Positions 11,760 through 25,547 of a stretch of DNA of 64,000 nucleotides are shown here, in pieces. Both the position numbers and the translations under genes were made by a program. How positions within the stretch are numbered: position 1 is the stretch's first letter; every line of letters starts with the position of its first letter. Under the pieces are notes generated by a model, which was given only the letters and a program-made list of their open reading frames with translations, was not told the origin of the DNA and did not search any database. Source of the stretch: Eledone cirrhosa (Eukaryota); contig OZ024742.1 of the NCBI GenBank assembly GCA_964016885.1, positions 321,098,001-321,162,000 of the forward strand, given 5' to 3'.

Positions 11760-14700
11760 ATGCGAAGACTGGACCCGGCGGAGTGAGTGGAGGAGGATAA
11801 CATCGTCCGAACAGTCACGAATGCGGCGACAGCAAGCGGTGTGGAGCGCTAGGGCACGGCAAGGCACTACAGACGTCGTGGCCAGCCACTGCAGCCAAGG
11901 AAGTCCCTGGTCGTGACGGTCCTTCGTACCACCGGATTCTGGCTTCTGCGGCCGAGTGAGTGGGACCGTCACTGTGCACTGGCTCTCCCACTATAAACCT
12001 TTCCCGCACAGGTTTCTTCTTTAGCGTGCACTCCCAAAGCCCTGCGGCGATGGGCGAGAGGCGGGGGTAACAGGTGGAGGTAACCTCTGGGAGTTGTCAG
12101 TCTCAAACCCACACGTGGGCGGCCTGGATGCGCAAGTCGTTCTCCTCCTGACCTGGGCTGACAGAGGAGATCAGGCATTCCACCGGGCGACTGAGCAGCC
12201 CTTTTCAAGGGAGCACTGCTCAGCCTCGCACGAGGGGAGGGGCGATAAAAGGAGTCCTAACCAAATGCTCGTCCCAGAGAAAGCCGGCCAGTCTACCGCG
12301 GCTGGCGGTTTTACTCTTGCAAGCGGTCGAAACCAACATAGAAAGAAGAACTTGATTCTTGGCGCATGGAATGTGCGCACCCTCATGGATAGGGAAACCT
12401 CCTTGAGGCCAGATAGAAGAACTGCCCTCATAGCAAGGGAATTAGCTCGCTACCGGATCGACATAGCCGCCCTCATCGAGACTCGATTGCCGAAAAAGGA
12501 TCAGTGGCAGAACCGAAAGGAGGCTACACCTTCTTCTGGAAGAGCAATGAAAAGGACGAGGAAAGAATCCACGGGGTAGGCCTGTCCATCGGGACTTCAC
12601 TCTTCAAGCAGTTACCAGACCTCCCAACACCTGTGAGTGAGCGGCTGATGAAGCTCCGCTTCCCCCTCATCCCATCAGGCATGTCACAGTCATCACCAGC
12701 AGCGATGAAGCAAAGGACGCTTTCTACGGGGAACTCAACGCGCTCATGAAGGGCGTTCCTCCAAGCGATAAACTCATCCTACTGGGGGACTTCAACACAA
12801 GAGTCGGGTCTGACAGCAGCAACTAGAGAGGCAACTAGAGAGGCGTGCTGTAGGCCAGCTTTCGACGTCGCACGACTCTAGCAGCCAGAGCATCGTGATG
12901 CGTTCGCGGATTTCCTGGACAGCCGGCTGACTGCCCATGGACCACTGATCGGACCCCCAACTCAACAGTGGGATCAACTCAACAGTGGGACCAGTTTAGG
13001 TCGCTGGTGACAGAGTCAGCCAAGGCAACCATCGGGCCGAGGAAGAGAGTCCACCAGGACTGGTTTGATGAAAACGATGAGCGCTTCAGACAACTCCTGG
13101 ACGAGAAGAGGAGGGCTTTCATTGAGTGGCAGAATGACAGCTCCTCCAACTTGAAGCGCGACCGCTTCAAGCACCTCCAGAGGCAGACCCAAGCAGCGCT
13201 ACGCAGAATGCAGGACAAGTGATGGAAAAAGAAGGCCGAAGAAATCGAGAGATACGCTGACACAAAGAACTCCAAGATGTTCTCCAGCGCCATCGAGGAT
13301 GTCTACGGACTCCCCAACCCTGTCAACACACCACTGCTGTCTGCTGACGGCTCGATCCTGCTGAAGGAGAAGAGCAGCATCAACTCGAGGTGGAGAGAGC
13401 ACTTCAGCAACCTGCTCAACAGGCCCTCCACTGTCGACCCTGCCGCCCTCGACCAGGTCCCACAGAAGCCCGTAGTCGGCAGCCTCGACCACCCTCCCCC
13501 TCCCGCCCCACGTTGGATGAGGTCACGAAGACAATCAACCAGACCAGTTCAGGAAAGGCCCCTGGGAAGGACGGGATTCCTGCCGAGATCTTCAAGTCGG
13601 CCGGTCCAGCTGCCCTGGGGGCCTTCCAGGTCGTCCTAGTCAGCATATGGGAGGAAGAAGAGGTGCCCAAAGACTTCAGGGATGTCACAGTTGTCTCGCT
13701 TTTTAAGAACAAAGGCAGCTAAACTGACTGTGGCAACTATCGGGGCATTTCTCTTCTGTCCATCGCTGGGAAGGTCCTGGCTCAGGTCATGCTCAACCGC
13801 TTCATTGCCAACATCTCGGAGGACAACCTGCCTGAGGCCCAGTGTGGGTTCCGCCCAAACCGCAGCACGATCGACATGATCTTCTCTGTACGCCAGGTGC
13901 AGGAGAAGTGTGTCGAGCAGAACATGGACCTCTCTGCCGTCTTCATAGACTTGACGAAGGCATTCGACACTGTCAATAGGGAAGCCCTCTGGTAGATCCT
14001 GTCGAAGTTTGGATGCCCGACAAAGTTTATGAACCTGATACAGCAATTCCATGACGACATGACCTGGCAGGTGCGCTCGGGCGGAGAGGCATCAGAGCCG
14101 TTCGGAATCACCAACGGCGTCAAGCAAGGATGCGTGCTGGCTCCCGTCCTCTTCAACCTGTTCTTCACCTGCGTGCACAATCATGCCGTCAGGGACCTCG
14201 AGCATGGAGTGTATCTGCGATACAGACTGGACGGCTACCTGTTTGACCTGCGGCGCCTAACGGTCAAGACAAGGACCGTGCAGAGGATCGTCCTGGAGGC
14301 ACTTTTTGCTGACGACTGTGCCCTCATGGCCCACAGGGAGTCTGACCGCCAACTCATCGTCAACAAGTTTTCAGAGGCCTCCTACCTCTTCGGTATCACA
14401 ATTAGCCTTGGCAAGACTGAGGTCCTGTTCCAGCCTGCACCTGCCTCCGTCGCCCACCCTCCTTCCATTTCCATCGGAGGCACCCAGCTAAAGACGGTGG
14501 ACGATTTCAAGTACCTCGGCAGTGTCATCAGCAGTGATGGAAGCCTCGACAAGGAGATAAACGCCAGAATATGCAAGGCCAGTCAAGCTCTCGGCCGCTT
14601 GAGGACACGCGTCCTGAACCAGCACAACAACAGGCAGTCCACCAAGCTCAAGGTGTACAGGGCCGTTGTTCTCACCAGCCTCCTCTACGGATGTGAGACA

Positions 14701-15075
14701 TGGACCCTGTACAGAAGGCACCTAAAGCAGCTGGAATGATTCTACATGCGCAGCCTGCGGTGAATCATGAACATCAAATGGCAGGACAAGGTCTCCAACA
14801 TCGAAGTTCTTGACATGGCTGAAACAACCAGTGTCGAAGCTATGATACTGAAGAACCAACTTCGATGGGTGGGACATGTCATCCGGATGGACGATCACAG
14901 GCTTCCGAAGCAACTGATGTATGGGGAATTCTGTTCGGGGAAACGAAAGCGGAGCAGGCCTCTCAAGAGGTTCAAAGACTGCGTGAAGTCCAGTATCAAC
15001 AACACTGGAATCGCGCCAAAACAACTCGAGTCTCATGCTCAGGACAGGACTGAGTCGCGAACCCTCACCAGACGC
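11760..15075 (+). mobile_element. Near full-length degenerate RTE/BovB-like LINE
   Basis: GC-rich 5' UTR; APE start GAWNVRTL..IDIAALIETR; RT motifs QCGFR, FIDLTKAFDTV, GVKQGCVLAP, LFADD, KYLG; LRWVGHVIRM. Stops, frameshifts and an internal deletion near 12840-12970. Confidence 0.92.
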
Positions 15076-15198
15076 GCCCTTTGTGTTCTGAGTTCAAATC
15101 CGCCGAGGTTAACTTTGCCTTTCATCCTTACGGGGTCGATGAAATAAAGTACCAGTGATGCACTGGAGTAATCGCTGACCTTGTGCTAAAAGTAAAAA
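15076..15198 (+). mobile_element. SINE family A, 5'-truncated
   Basis: GTTCTGAGTTCAAATCCGCCGAGGTTAACTTTGCC..AAAGTACCAGT. Confidence 0.8.
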
Positions 15199-15622
15199 CT
15201 ATATACATTATATATACGCACACATATATATATGTATGTTGTATACATATATATACATATATATACACACACTTATGTATCGATGCAACCATTATATGCA
15301 TAGTAATAATGACTATATATACATATGTATATATAGGCACTAGTCTATTTTCATTTCAGTACTGGTTGAGTGAATATCACAGATGAGAGATTAACAAATT
15401 TTGAAACAGTATTCTCTGGCATTCTCGACTGCTACTGAGGTATTTGTGGTGTGTTCACGGAGCAAAAGAGGGAGAAATGATCTTTTCATAACGAAAATGT
15501 TTTTCTTTGATAGCGAGGCTCTCATATGTTTATTGTATATAGACATACAGTATATGCTTTCATATACACCATTATTATGCTCAACGCTGTCTTCCAATTC
15601 TACTGCCAATTATATATATATT

Positions 15623-15720
<98 letters not shown>

Positions 15721-15856
15721 CATACTACTGTACGTCTGTATTCATATATGTATGTACGTATACATACTTACATTTAAGTATCAGCCGTAATAATAGTGAG
15801 AAATGAAATTTCGTTTCATTCTTTTCCATTTATATATATATATATATATATATACT

Positions 15857-15887
<31 letters not shown>

Positions 15888-15924
15888 TATATATATACAT
15901 ACATATATATATATATATATACAT

Positions 15925-15955
<31 letters not shown>

Positions 15956-15995
15956 CATACATATATATATATATATATATTATATATATACATAC

Positions 15996-16125
<130 letters not shown>

Positions 16126-16489
16126 CATACATGTGTGTGTGCGCGCGCGTGGTTGTGTGTACATACAAATGTATGTATAATGTATATATTCAAAGAGTAG
16201 GCAGTAAGGGAGGTGGAGAGCGATAGAGAAAGAGATGGGAGGGGTGATATAAGGGTTGGTGTGAGAGCATCAGTAGATCGAAATATTAATTATAAATGGA
16301 AAGTATGATAAAGCGAGTTGTCATGTAGTTGTCATGTAGTTGTGATCGGGCGGCTCATTTGCAACATCTGGTGCATGCAGCCACCAATCGAATGAACAGG
16401 GGCGGTAGGAGATGACGGAATGATCTAGGGGAGGGCTGGCCGTTGTCCTATGAAAGGCGTTTATTATTGAAACCATAATGATATATCAG

Positions 16490-16690
16490 CTTGGCACCAG
16501 GCCTCGAGAAACAGAAACAGTTGATTATATCGAATACCAGTAATTAATTGGTTCTTTATACTTTATTTTCTCGCCTTCAGAACCATTAAAAATCAAGTCG
16601 ACCTCGGCCAGATTTGGTCAAAGAACCTAAAGAGAATTAACTAAATATGAAAATAGTTTTTGTTTGACGCTCAACCGATTTTGACATCCA
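16490..16690 (-). mobile_element. Old SINE family A copy
   Basis: AAGTCGACCTCGGCCAGATTTG and TACTTTATTTT match the reverse complement of the family core. Confidence 0.55.
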
Positions 16691-17632
16691 TCTTAAGACA
16701 GTTCTGTTGTTGTGGTTTTGGGGTTTTTCAGCCATATGTCAGACTTTATTTGGTTGGTTTGTGATCAAAAGCTTTTCAACTGTAACCATCCTAACGTGTA
16801 TTCAGATGGAGCATTCAGGACTATACTGTTTAATGTGGTGTCGCTCCGTTTTTAATGGGATATGGTTTGATTTGAGAGCACAACCATTCAGCGGCTACCT
16901 CATTACCATGGGTTGTAGACTTAATCCGTGGCCCGGTTTAACAGTACCACCTGCTCCTTTGGTGCATTTAGCAGAGTCTACACTGTTGCCATATTTAGGG
17001 CTAGGTCTCTTGTTTCAGAATAACCTCTTCCCTTCCTTCTACCTCTTACTGACGCGCTGAGAAGCAAAGTTGCATAGTCGCTGGCCTTCCCTTCTTGAGT
17101 AAGTAATTCAAAATAAACAATTGGTGTTATTTTGGTTATAATTATTGCTAAAGTCGTTTATATGTTTTCTTTTCGTTTATCATTTCAATTTAGGTCTTGA
17201 TAGCTGAAAACTGTATTTTGGGGTTCAACTAAGACATAATTTACATGTTAATGTCTCTTAGCAATACTATATTGGTGAAAACTGTGCTTTTGGGATTCAG
17301 AGTGCGATTGTGTTAAAGTGGGAGGCATATTAATCTGCCAACCAAGAATACTGTTTCTTCACCCCACCTCACCCGGAAGTGGATCGGTGAGATCCCTCAC
17401 TACGCCACTGTCATATTGTTAATACACAAGGTGTCTCTTTGATGTTGTTGTTTTTTTCTTTCAAAGAAGCTTGTGGCATGGTAATAGGGTCGTTTTGCTG
17501 CTAATTTTAGCAGATCATGTGAAAACATAGATATAGTCTCCCCATGTCGACAAGGATATCGCTATGATTGCTTGTTGGTAAACGACAGAGATAGTGACAG
17601 AGAAAGAGCAAAACAGACACTGAAGAGAGTTA

Positions 17633-17783
17633 TATAGAGAAAAACAGAGAGAGGGATGAGAGGGTGGTATAGAGAAAAACAGGGAGAGGGATGAGAGGGT
17701 GGTATAGAGAAAAACAGGGAGAGGGATGAGAGGGTGGTATAGAGAAAAACAGGGAGAGGGATGAGAGGGTGGTATAGAGAAAA
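17633..17783. repeat. 35-bp purine-rich minisatellite, just over 4 copies
   Basis: TATAGAGAAAAACAGGGAGAGGGATGAGAGGGTGG at 17633, 17668, 17703, 17738 (partial at 17773). Confidence 0.9.
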
Positions 17784-18194
17784 AGCAGCAGGAAGAAGAG
17801 AGCGTTAAAGAGAGCGTTAAAGAGAGGTCAAAGAAAAGTTGATATAGGAGGGAGAGATGATAATATATATAGAGGGGGAACAAGGAAGAGCGATAGAAAG
17901 AGAAAACTGCAATAGAGGGGGTAAGGGGAGAGCGGTATAGAGAGGAGGAATAGAGGGAGAAGAAAGGAAGGAAATAGCAATAGAGGGAAGACGAATAGAG
18001 TGAGATAGAGAGAAAGCAAAATGAAGGAGACAATGCGACTTCAATAGTCATTGTAATTAAGTATGTTATAAATCCAAGTTAAAATAGTATACAGCGCAGA
18101 TTGACTTTGTCGCCATTTTGCTACTATCACGTGTTATTTGCTAAATATTTTGGTTTAAATAACAGGTGGTTAGATATAAAGGAATTCCGAAGAT

Positions 18195-18500
18195 TGCGAG
18201 TGAATGTATATCTGGCACTCCGTCAGTTACGACGAGTGTTCCAGTTGATCCGATCAACGGAGCTGCCTGCTCGTGAAATTAACGTGCAAGTGCCTGAGTA
18301 TTCCACAGACACGCGTACCTTTAACGTAGATTCTTAGGGAGATTCAGCGTGACACAGAATGACACAGAATAGGACAAGGACTCTTTGAATTACAGGTACA
18401 ACTCATTTTTGCCAGCTGAGTGGACTGGAGCAACGTGAAATAAAGTGTCTTGCTCGATGACACAACACACCGCCGGGAACTGAACTCACGGCCTTTCAAG
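18195..18500 (-). mobile_element. SINE sharing the family B core with a different 3' part
   Basis: CAGCTGAGTGGACTGGAGCAACGTGAAATAAAGTGTCTTGCTC is the reverse complement of the family B core. Confidence 0.7.
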
Positions 18501-18682
18501 TGTACACATACATAGATATAACATATGTACATTCATCTATCTATCCGTACATACATAGATATATACGTACAAACACCCATACATAGATACACACACACAC
18601 TTTCATATATAGAAACATATGCACGTGTACACATATAACTCAGAACATACAGATGCACACATCTAATGACACCCGTACCTAC

Positions 18683-18878
18683 ACACACAATCACTTGTGG
18701 ATCCAACCGGATCAATTGCAAATAGTTGCTTCTGACAGGACCCACTGGAAGGTGTGTTTAAGGACTCTGACCCTTCACCATTCCAGGAATAAGTGGGAGA
18801 AGAAGAAGAAGAAGAAGAAGAAGAAGAAGAAGAAGAAGAAGAAGAAGAAGAAGAAGAAGAAGAAGAAGAAGAAGAAGA
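18683..18878 (+). mobile_element. RTE 3'-end fragment with (GAA)n tail
   Basis: TTGCTTCTGACAGGACCCA..GAGGACTCTG..AATAAGTGGG shared with 4905-5000 (minus); long GAA run. Confidence 0.65.
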
Positions 18879-19104
18879 TATATAAATTTTGAGTATATGT
18901 TGGTTGTTTACCGACACCTCAGTATGCAGATTGGAGCACTCGACGAAGTACGCAGGTTGGTTTGTTTACTCCGGAGTAATGTAAAATATGATTCCAGTTC
19001 CTAAGAGAAATAACAACACTACCAGGAGCTGGACATATCGATGGATTGGCGGAGTAAAACACACTTTAATAACATGTGTACCTGTCCTACCCACGCTAAT
19101 TCGG

Positions 19105-19159
19105 ACTGCCTGAAGAGGTCACATCCAATGATGGCTGTCACCGAAATATATATAGCAGT
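19105..19159 (+). ncRNA. Type I hammerhead ribozyme
   Basis: actgc CTGAAGA ggtcacatcca-atga-tggctgtcacc GAAA tatata TA gcagt. Perfect 5-bp stem I and intact core. Confidence 0.85.
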
Positions 19160-19215
19160 ATATCTCTAATTTGTAATAAACGAAGCCAAATTTTACATAT
19201 TTGACTTAATTATTT

Positions 19216-19282
<67 letters not shown>

Positions 19283-19440
19283 TTAATATAGAAATGGCTT
19301 TTACAGGACTTCGTGATGATTTCTCCCGAATGAAGCAGCTCTAGTTCTGTAGAACCCATTTCTATATTAAACATTTATACTCTGCTATGTATTGAGTACC
19401 TTACTTACTGTGGTTACCCCCGATTGAACCCGGCATAAAC
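19283..19440 (+). mobile_element. PLE-like terminal fold-back with decayed HHR core (family of 45827-46000)
   Basis: 28-bp inverted arms around GTGATGA..GAAG; tail TACTCTG..TTGAGTACCTTACTTACTGTGGTTACC matches 45939-45980. Confidence 0.6.
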
Positions 19441-19729
19441 ATATATATTTTTGTCTATACAAAATGTCACTGGTGTCGGTGAAAAACACAAACACACACT
19501 CACACACTATATGTGTGTGAGTGTGTGCGCACAACCATATACGTGTTCATGTTTGTGTTATATTTACTATCTAATATATGATATTGTAAATATTGCGCAG
19601 AGTATCGATAAAATAAACACCCGGCTTAAATAAATAAGAATGTTGATGGAATCGAACACCCGCAAAAAAAAAAAAAGAAGGTTGTACTCCAGTACATATA
19701 CAGTATATAAAGTATATACAGTTTATACA

Positions 19730-19806
<77 letters not shown>

Positions 19807-19983
19807 GTATAGGATTATCCAAGATGTGGTAATGGTTCTACAAACCACTCTCTCTCCTACTTCTCCAAACCCTGCATATCTTTCTCTCTCTCTCCCTCTC
19901 CCCTACTTTTCTCTCTTCCTTTTCTACTCTATCTTCCCCAACAACCCCACTTAAGGGTATTTACATTGTACATTTTACCATTC

Positions 19984-20095
19984 TGCTCTGAGGATACAGT
20001 GGTCACAGCATTGGATATTTGAGTTCTGCAAGTACTTGTGAATTTGCACATAGCATAACTAGGCTGTAGTACCACCGTGGTAACACTTGTAAGCA
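19984..20095 (+). ncRNA. Type I hammerhead-like motif with long stem II and mutated GAAA box
   Basis: tgct CTGAGGA tacagtggtcacag..ctgtagtaccaccgtg GTAA cacttg TA agca. Confidence 0.6.
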
Positions 20096-20145
20096 CACGG
20101 AATAAATTACCTTTTTATGATGTCTACCTGTTATTATTCATTCTT

Positions 20146-20228
<83 letters not shown>

Positions 20229-20234
<6 letters not shown>

Positions 20235-20283
20235 AGTATGTATGTATACGTACATACATATATGTATACAGACGTACAGTAGC

Positions 20284-20339
<56 letters not shown>

Positions 20340-20941
20340 GCACACATATATATATGCACGTATCAGTTTACCGAACATCTATTATAATGTTCGCTTTGTT
20401 CGTTTGTAAACAAACGGACAGCCTGATTTACGCCGTACAGTGTTCAGGCAACCACGTCACCTCATTGTTCAACACTGACACAGGAACGATGTACTAGTTT
20501 CAAGCCTGTTAGCTATCGTCAACACCGTATACCTTTCTGCCAGATGGTTGAACGTTCGAAAGTATATACTTTCCTTATGAAAATTAACGGCTGAGCAGCC
20601 TAATTTGCATATCGAGTGAGTTCAGTCGACCAGGCGCACCGAAAACGATAAATGGAATAGAATGAAACGAAATTTCATTTCTCACTCTTAGTACGGCACT
20701 TACTTAAATGTAAGTATGTATTTATACGTACATACATATAGATATATAATAGATGTTCGGTAAACTGATACGTGCATATATATATGTGTGCCTGTATGTA
20801 TATATATATATATATATATATATACATGGTACTGTACGTCTGTATACATATATGTATGTACGTATACATACATACTTACATTTAAGTAAGTGCCGTACTA
20901 AGAGTGAGAAATGAAATTTCGTTTCATTCTATTCCATTTAT
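20229..20941. repeat. Nested fold-back module containing an HHR; partial homolog at 15720-15832
   Basis: 20229-20384 inverted to 20747-20880; 20648-20735 inverted to ~20855-20941. Confidence 0.8.
20482..20534 (-). ncRNA. Minimal type I hammerhead (C3U variant)
   Basis: Minus strand: aggtat-acggtg TTGACGA tagct-aaca-ggctt GAAA ctag TA catcgt-tcct. 6-bp stem I; ACTAGT palindrome at stem III. Confidence 0.7.
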
Positions 20942-21035
20942 ATATATATATGTATATTTATATATATATATATGTATATGTGTATATATATATATATATT
21001 ATAATGTATATGTATATATATATATATATGTGTAT

Positions 21036-21720
<685 letters not shown>

Positions 21721-22432
21721 TCACATCGAAGCATGTTCATCTATTTGTTCCAGTATCTCGACTGCGGTCATACTGGAGTACATCTGTCTTGTTTTCTTTT
21801 TTTTTTGCGGGTATTCGATTCCATCAACAATCTTATTTATTTCAGCCAGGTGTTTATTTTATCGATACTCTGCGCAATATTTACAATATCATATATTAGA
21901 TAGTAAATATAACAAAACATGTGTATATGGTAGTACGCACACACTCACACACATATAGTGTGTGTGTGTTTGTGATTTTCACCGACACCAGTGACATTTT
22001 GCCTGTATAAGAAGTTTTTACAGACAAAAAAGCATATAAATATATATCACGATACATTAACGGAGCCATAGACTTTCGCCGTTCCCTGTAAATAATGTGC
22101 TCAAAGGAGAGGAAATCCTGAGCTCTTTAAAATACAATATGTTGAAAAGGTAACACACTAGAAAGAGATGCAGTGCGCTATCAATAAAACAGGGGAAAAC
22201 CACCAGTGTATGGAATCTATAACCTATGAAAGGCAGAGTATAGACACGATAATTAAAAATATAAATTAAAGCGTAAATAAATACTTCTATAACTATATAA
22301 CACACGTACAAATCCAAAGTGATCTGTTTCGCCAGTAAGTTGTTGACAGAAATGAAATAACCCAGGTTCATCAGCGTGTGTAAGGCTATACATTTCAGAC
22401 AACACTAAGAGAATATATATATATATGTTTGT

Positions 22433-22707
22433 GGAGGCACGTGGCCTAGTGGTAAGGGTGTTGGATTAACGATCATAATGTCGTGGGCTCGATTCCTGGG
22501 TTGCGTGTTGTGTTCTTGAGCAAATCACTTCATTTCCCGTTGCTCCAGTATACTCAGCTGAAAATGAGTACCAGCAATAGCTGGAGGTTTAACCCTGCGA
22601 TGGACTGGCGTCCTGTCCAGGGGGGAGTCTTGTACTCTCAGTCGCTTCACGCCATGAAACTGGGATAAGCACCGGCCAAATGAGCCTTCTGGCTTAAGAC
22701 AGACTTT
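22433..22707 (+). mobile_element. tRNA-derived SINE family B, full length
   Basis: A box TGGCCTAGTGG, B-box-like GCTCGATTCC; colinear with 62251-62530. Confidence 0.85.
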
Positions 22708-22771
22708 TTTATATATGTTAGAAGTTAGAAGGCCAGAACAATGCAGGTTTGGAGATAGAATATATATATGT

Positions 22772-22864
<93 letters not shown>

Positions 22865-22867
<3 letters not shown>

Positions 22868-23071
22868 TCATTTCATTAAGGCTAAATAGTGAGTCTTGTT
22901 ACTGTTAAACAGGAGAAACCCCGGAATAATAAGACTCACTATTTAGCCTTATTAAAATGAATATTTAAAAACTACTTCGGTACTGAGTACTCTTTTCTCA
23001 CAGCTGTCAACCAGATATATATATTGACAGCTGTGAGAAAAGAGTACTCAGTACCGAAGTAGTTTTAAATA
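22865..23071. repeat. Double hairpin of PLE-like termini
   Basis: 22865-22897 inverted to ~22927-22962; 22961-23010 inverted to 23023-23071; carries CTGAGTACT. Confidence 0.8.
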
Positions 23072-23105
23072 TGCTACATATGCTACAATGTTTTCTATAC
23101 CTTTC

Positions 23106-23173
<68 letters not shown>

Positions 23174-23371
23174 ATAATGTCAAGACTAAAATCCGAAGAT
23201 GGCTCGATAAGAATTATATATATATATATAACAAAGAAGATGTGGTAAGATACCAGGTGGACCATAACGCACCAGAGTATTCGATACTTTCGGTAGTATC
23301 AAGTTCGGATCTAGCTGCCGAAACGGCCGGAGTTCAGCCGTCGGGGTCCTGACTCTTTTCCTATATATATA

Positions 23372-24236
23372 TATTGATAAATATGCTGGGTCTGTCAACT
23401 CCTTATTATCATTATCTCCCAACTAGCGGACTAATGAGAGTAAGTTAAACAATTTTTCACTTTTTTTATTGTTTTGTTTTGATATGCGCTCTAATTCATG
23501 CTATTAATTTTATCTCTCACTCTTTTAAGTTGTTTACGCACGCGACTGCCGCAATCCAGCTCGCTACTATATATCGCTCTATAATATATACTGGCATTTA
23601 ATGTCCGTTAAAGGTTCTTGGCACTACCATTGTTACTATCGCTTTCCTCTAGCCATGGGATCTGGAGACATGAGCCGAATGCTACCATTCTATTATACAT
23701 CGATGTGGGACTGCTATTTCTAATAACCATCTTTTCACTTCTTATTAATTTGTGTTTGAGACACGTTGGCTGAAGCCTTCTGACGGGAACGTAAAGATTT
23801 GTTTTCTATTCTCCCGCCACCATGTAAAGTTTGTAAATTGGTGGCTGGCCGAGGGACAGAATTGTATCGGATTCCAGTTGCTATTCACTTTACTGTGTCG
23901 GCCGTCACAAACTGTCGTAGCCGGCATGGGCTGGGGTTTGGATTCTGTCGATCGATTGGTTATTGATTAGGCGAAACCCGCTGATGAAGCCGCATACGCC
24001 GATTATGCTTTGTTGCATAATATATGCAGACAGAGGGTGCAGTGCACCCTACTGCTGCATTAAGTGTGGCCGAAACTCGGGTCCGGGAACTATTATAGGC
24101 ACCAGTTTTACGTGTGTTGTATTGAAGCGAATAACTATGTGTATACTCTGGGAATGTATTTTACATTGCCTATTGAGTACACTGAGATACAACCGGTCCT
24201 GGCTTTGATAAATATACTGGGTCCGTCAACATCTTA
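23372..24236 (+). mobile_element. ~860-bp non-coding HHR element with short terminal direct repeat (retrozyme / non-autonomous PLE-like)
   Basis: Starts TTGATAAATATGCTGGGTCTGTCAAC and ends TTGATAAATATACTGGGTCCGTCAAC; (TA)n on both sides; HHR at 23977-24087; no credible ORF. Confidence 0.7.
23977..24087 (+). ncRNA. Type I hammerhead ribozyme with branched stem II
   Basis: cccg CTGATGA agccgcat..[attatgc-tttgtt-gcataat][atgcagacagagggtgca-g-tgcaccctactgctgcat]..gtgtggcc GAAA ctcggg TC cggg; GUC cleavage triplet. Confidence 0.85.
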
Positions 24237-24280
24237 TATATATATATATATATATATATAAAACCGGTAGATCAAATGTT

Positions 24281-24410
24281 TATTATATGTACAGATTAAA
24301 GTTTAAGCAAAAAATCGCTGCTTTTACCCTTTTACGGGATCTTTCAAAAGATTCCGTAAAAGGGTGAAAGCAGCGATTCTTTGCTTAAACTTTAATTTGT
24401 ACATATAATA
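24281..24410. repeat. ~60-bp-arm near-perfect hairpin in (TA)n
   Basis: TATTATATGTACA..TTTTACGGGATCTTT-c-AAAAGATTCCGTAAAAGGG..TGTACATATAATA. Confidence 0.85.
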
Positions 24411-25419
24411 TTTATATATATATATATATATATAAACATACATATATATGTTTACTCGTGTTCTCGTGTGTGTGTGTGAAAGAGAGAGATAGAGAGAGAC
24501 AGAGAGACAGAGAGAAAGAGAGAGAGAGAGCGTGAAATATGTTGTATACGTAGGAATGTCGTTGAAATATCTTACAAGAAATAAACAACGATACACGCAC
24601 ACAAACAGACGCATTCAGACATACAGCAATTGTATAAACGACCATTATTATTAATAATAAACGAACTGTTGAGAGGCATATTATAACATAAAAAACATAA
24701 TCATGAAAGCAAAACAACACCGAGGAGAAAACAAAACAAAGTAAAAGTAATTCACATCAATTCTCTTTCTTTGCTTCAGTCTAGCACAAGTTTTATATAA
24801 AAGAGAAGATAACATTTACGACAAAAAAAAAACGCATAACCTAGTTTGTTGTTTAATGTCTTTTAATATAAATATAATGTTCCCTGCTGCTTTACATTTG
24901 TTGTTGAAATACAAAAGGTACGAAAAATATAACCGGCGCCATTTTTTGTTATAGTTTCTTTTTTGTTTTGTTGTTGTTGTTGTTGTAAATAAAAAAAAGT
25001 TTATTACTTTCATTCAAATAAGATTATTATTTATTATTATTGTTATTATCAGTGTTGATGTTGTTGCTGTTGATGTTATTACCACTGTTGTTGTTGTTGA
25101 TGTTGTCCTTAGTCCTATATATATCGAGTTCAAAACCTCGCCACAGTCAACTTTGCCTTTCCCCCTTCTAGGGATGGGTGGCGATTGGGTCAATACATTT
25201 CTGTTATTGTATCTCTGTTGACTGATTTATACACATCTTTCTTTCAAATATGGAGTTGGGCAATACAAATAATTGTAATTCGGTAAAAGAGCCAAGTATT
25301 TTAAATTTAGAGCGCCTTTCTCATACTCGAGTACTAAAAACAAGATTAAATTTACAACTCATACCTATGTAAGGTTTATCTAGCCACCTAAAAACTTGCA
25401 TTTCGTTGGAAGTTTCTTG

Positions 25420-25547
25420 ATAGGGTCCCCATCAACATGAAATGAAGCATCTTGCTAAAAACGTAACGCACAGGTCGGTCCTGGAATTGACCGCACGAAC
25501 TTATGATATTAAATCCAACACACAAGCCCAGTAGGCCACGTACCTTC
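25420..25547 (-). mobile_element. SINE family B 5' part
   Basis: CAACATGAAATGAAGCATCTTGCT..CTGGAATTGA..TAGGCCACGTACCTTCAC. Confidence 0.6.

Noticed and set aside
11760-12300. HDV-like ribozyme in the RTE 5' UTR
   Set aside because: Known from some RTEs, but I could not assemble the nested double pseudoknot by eye; needs a descriptor search.
16700-17400. Possible host exon(s) in non-repetitive-looking sequence
   Set aside because: No recognisable protein similarity or convincing splice-bounded frame; left unassigned.
22315-22380. Minus-strand CTGATGA..GAAA cagaTC
   Set aside because: Core boxes are present but there is no stem I; possibly a decayed HHR, not supportable.
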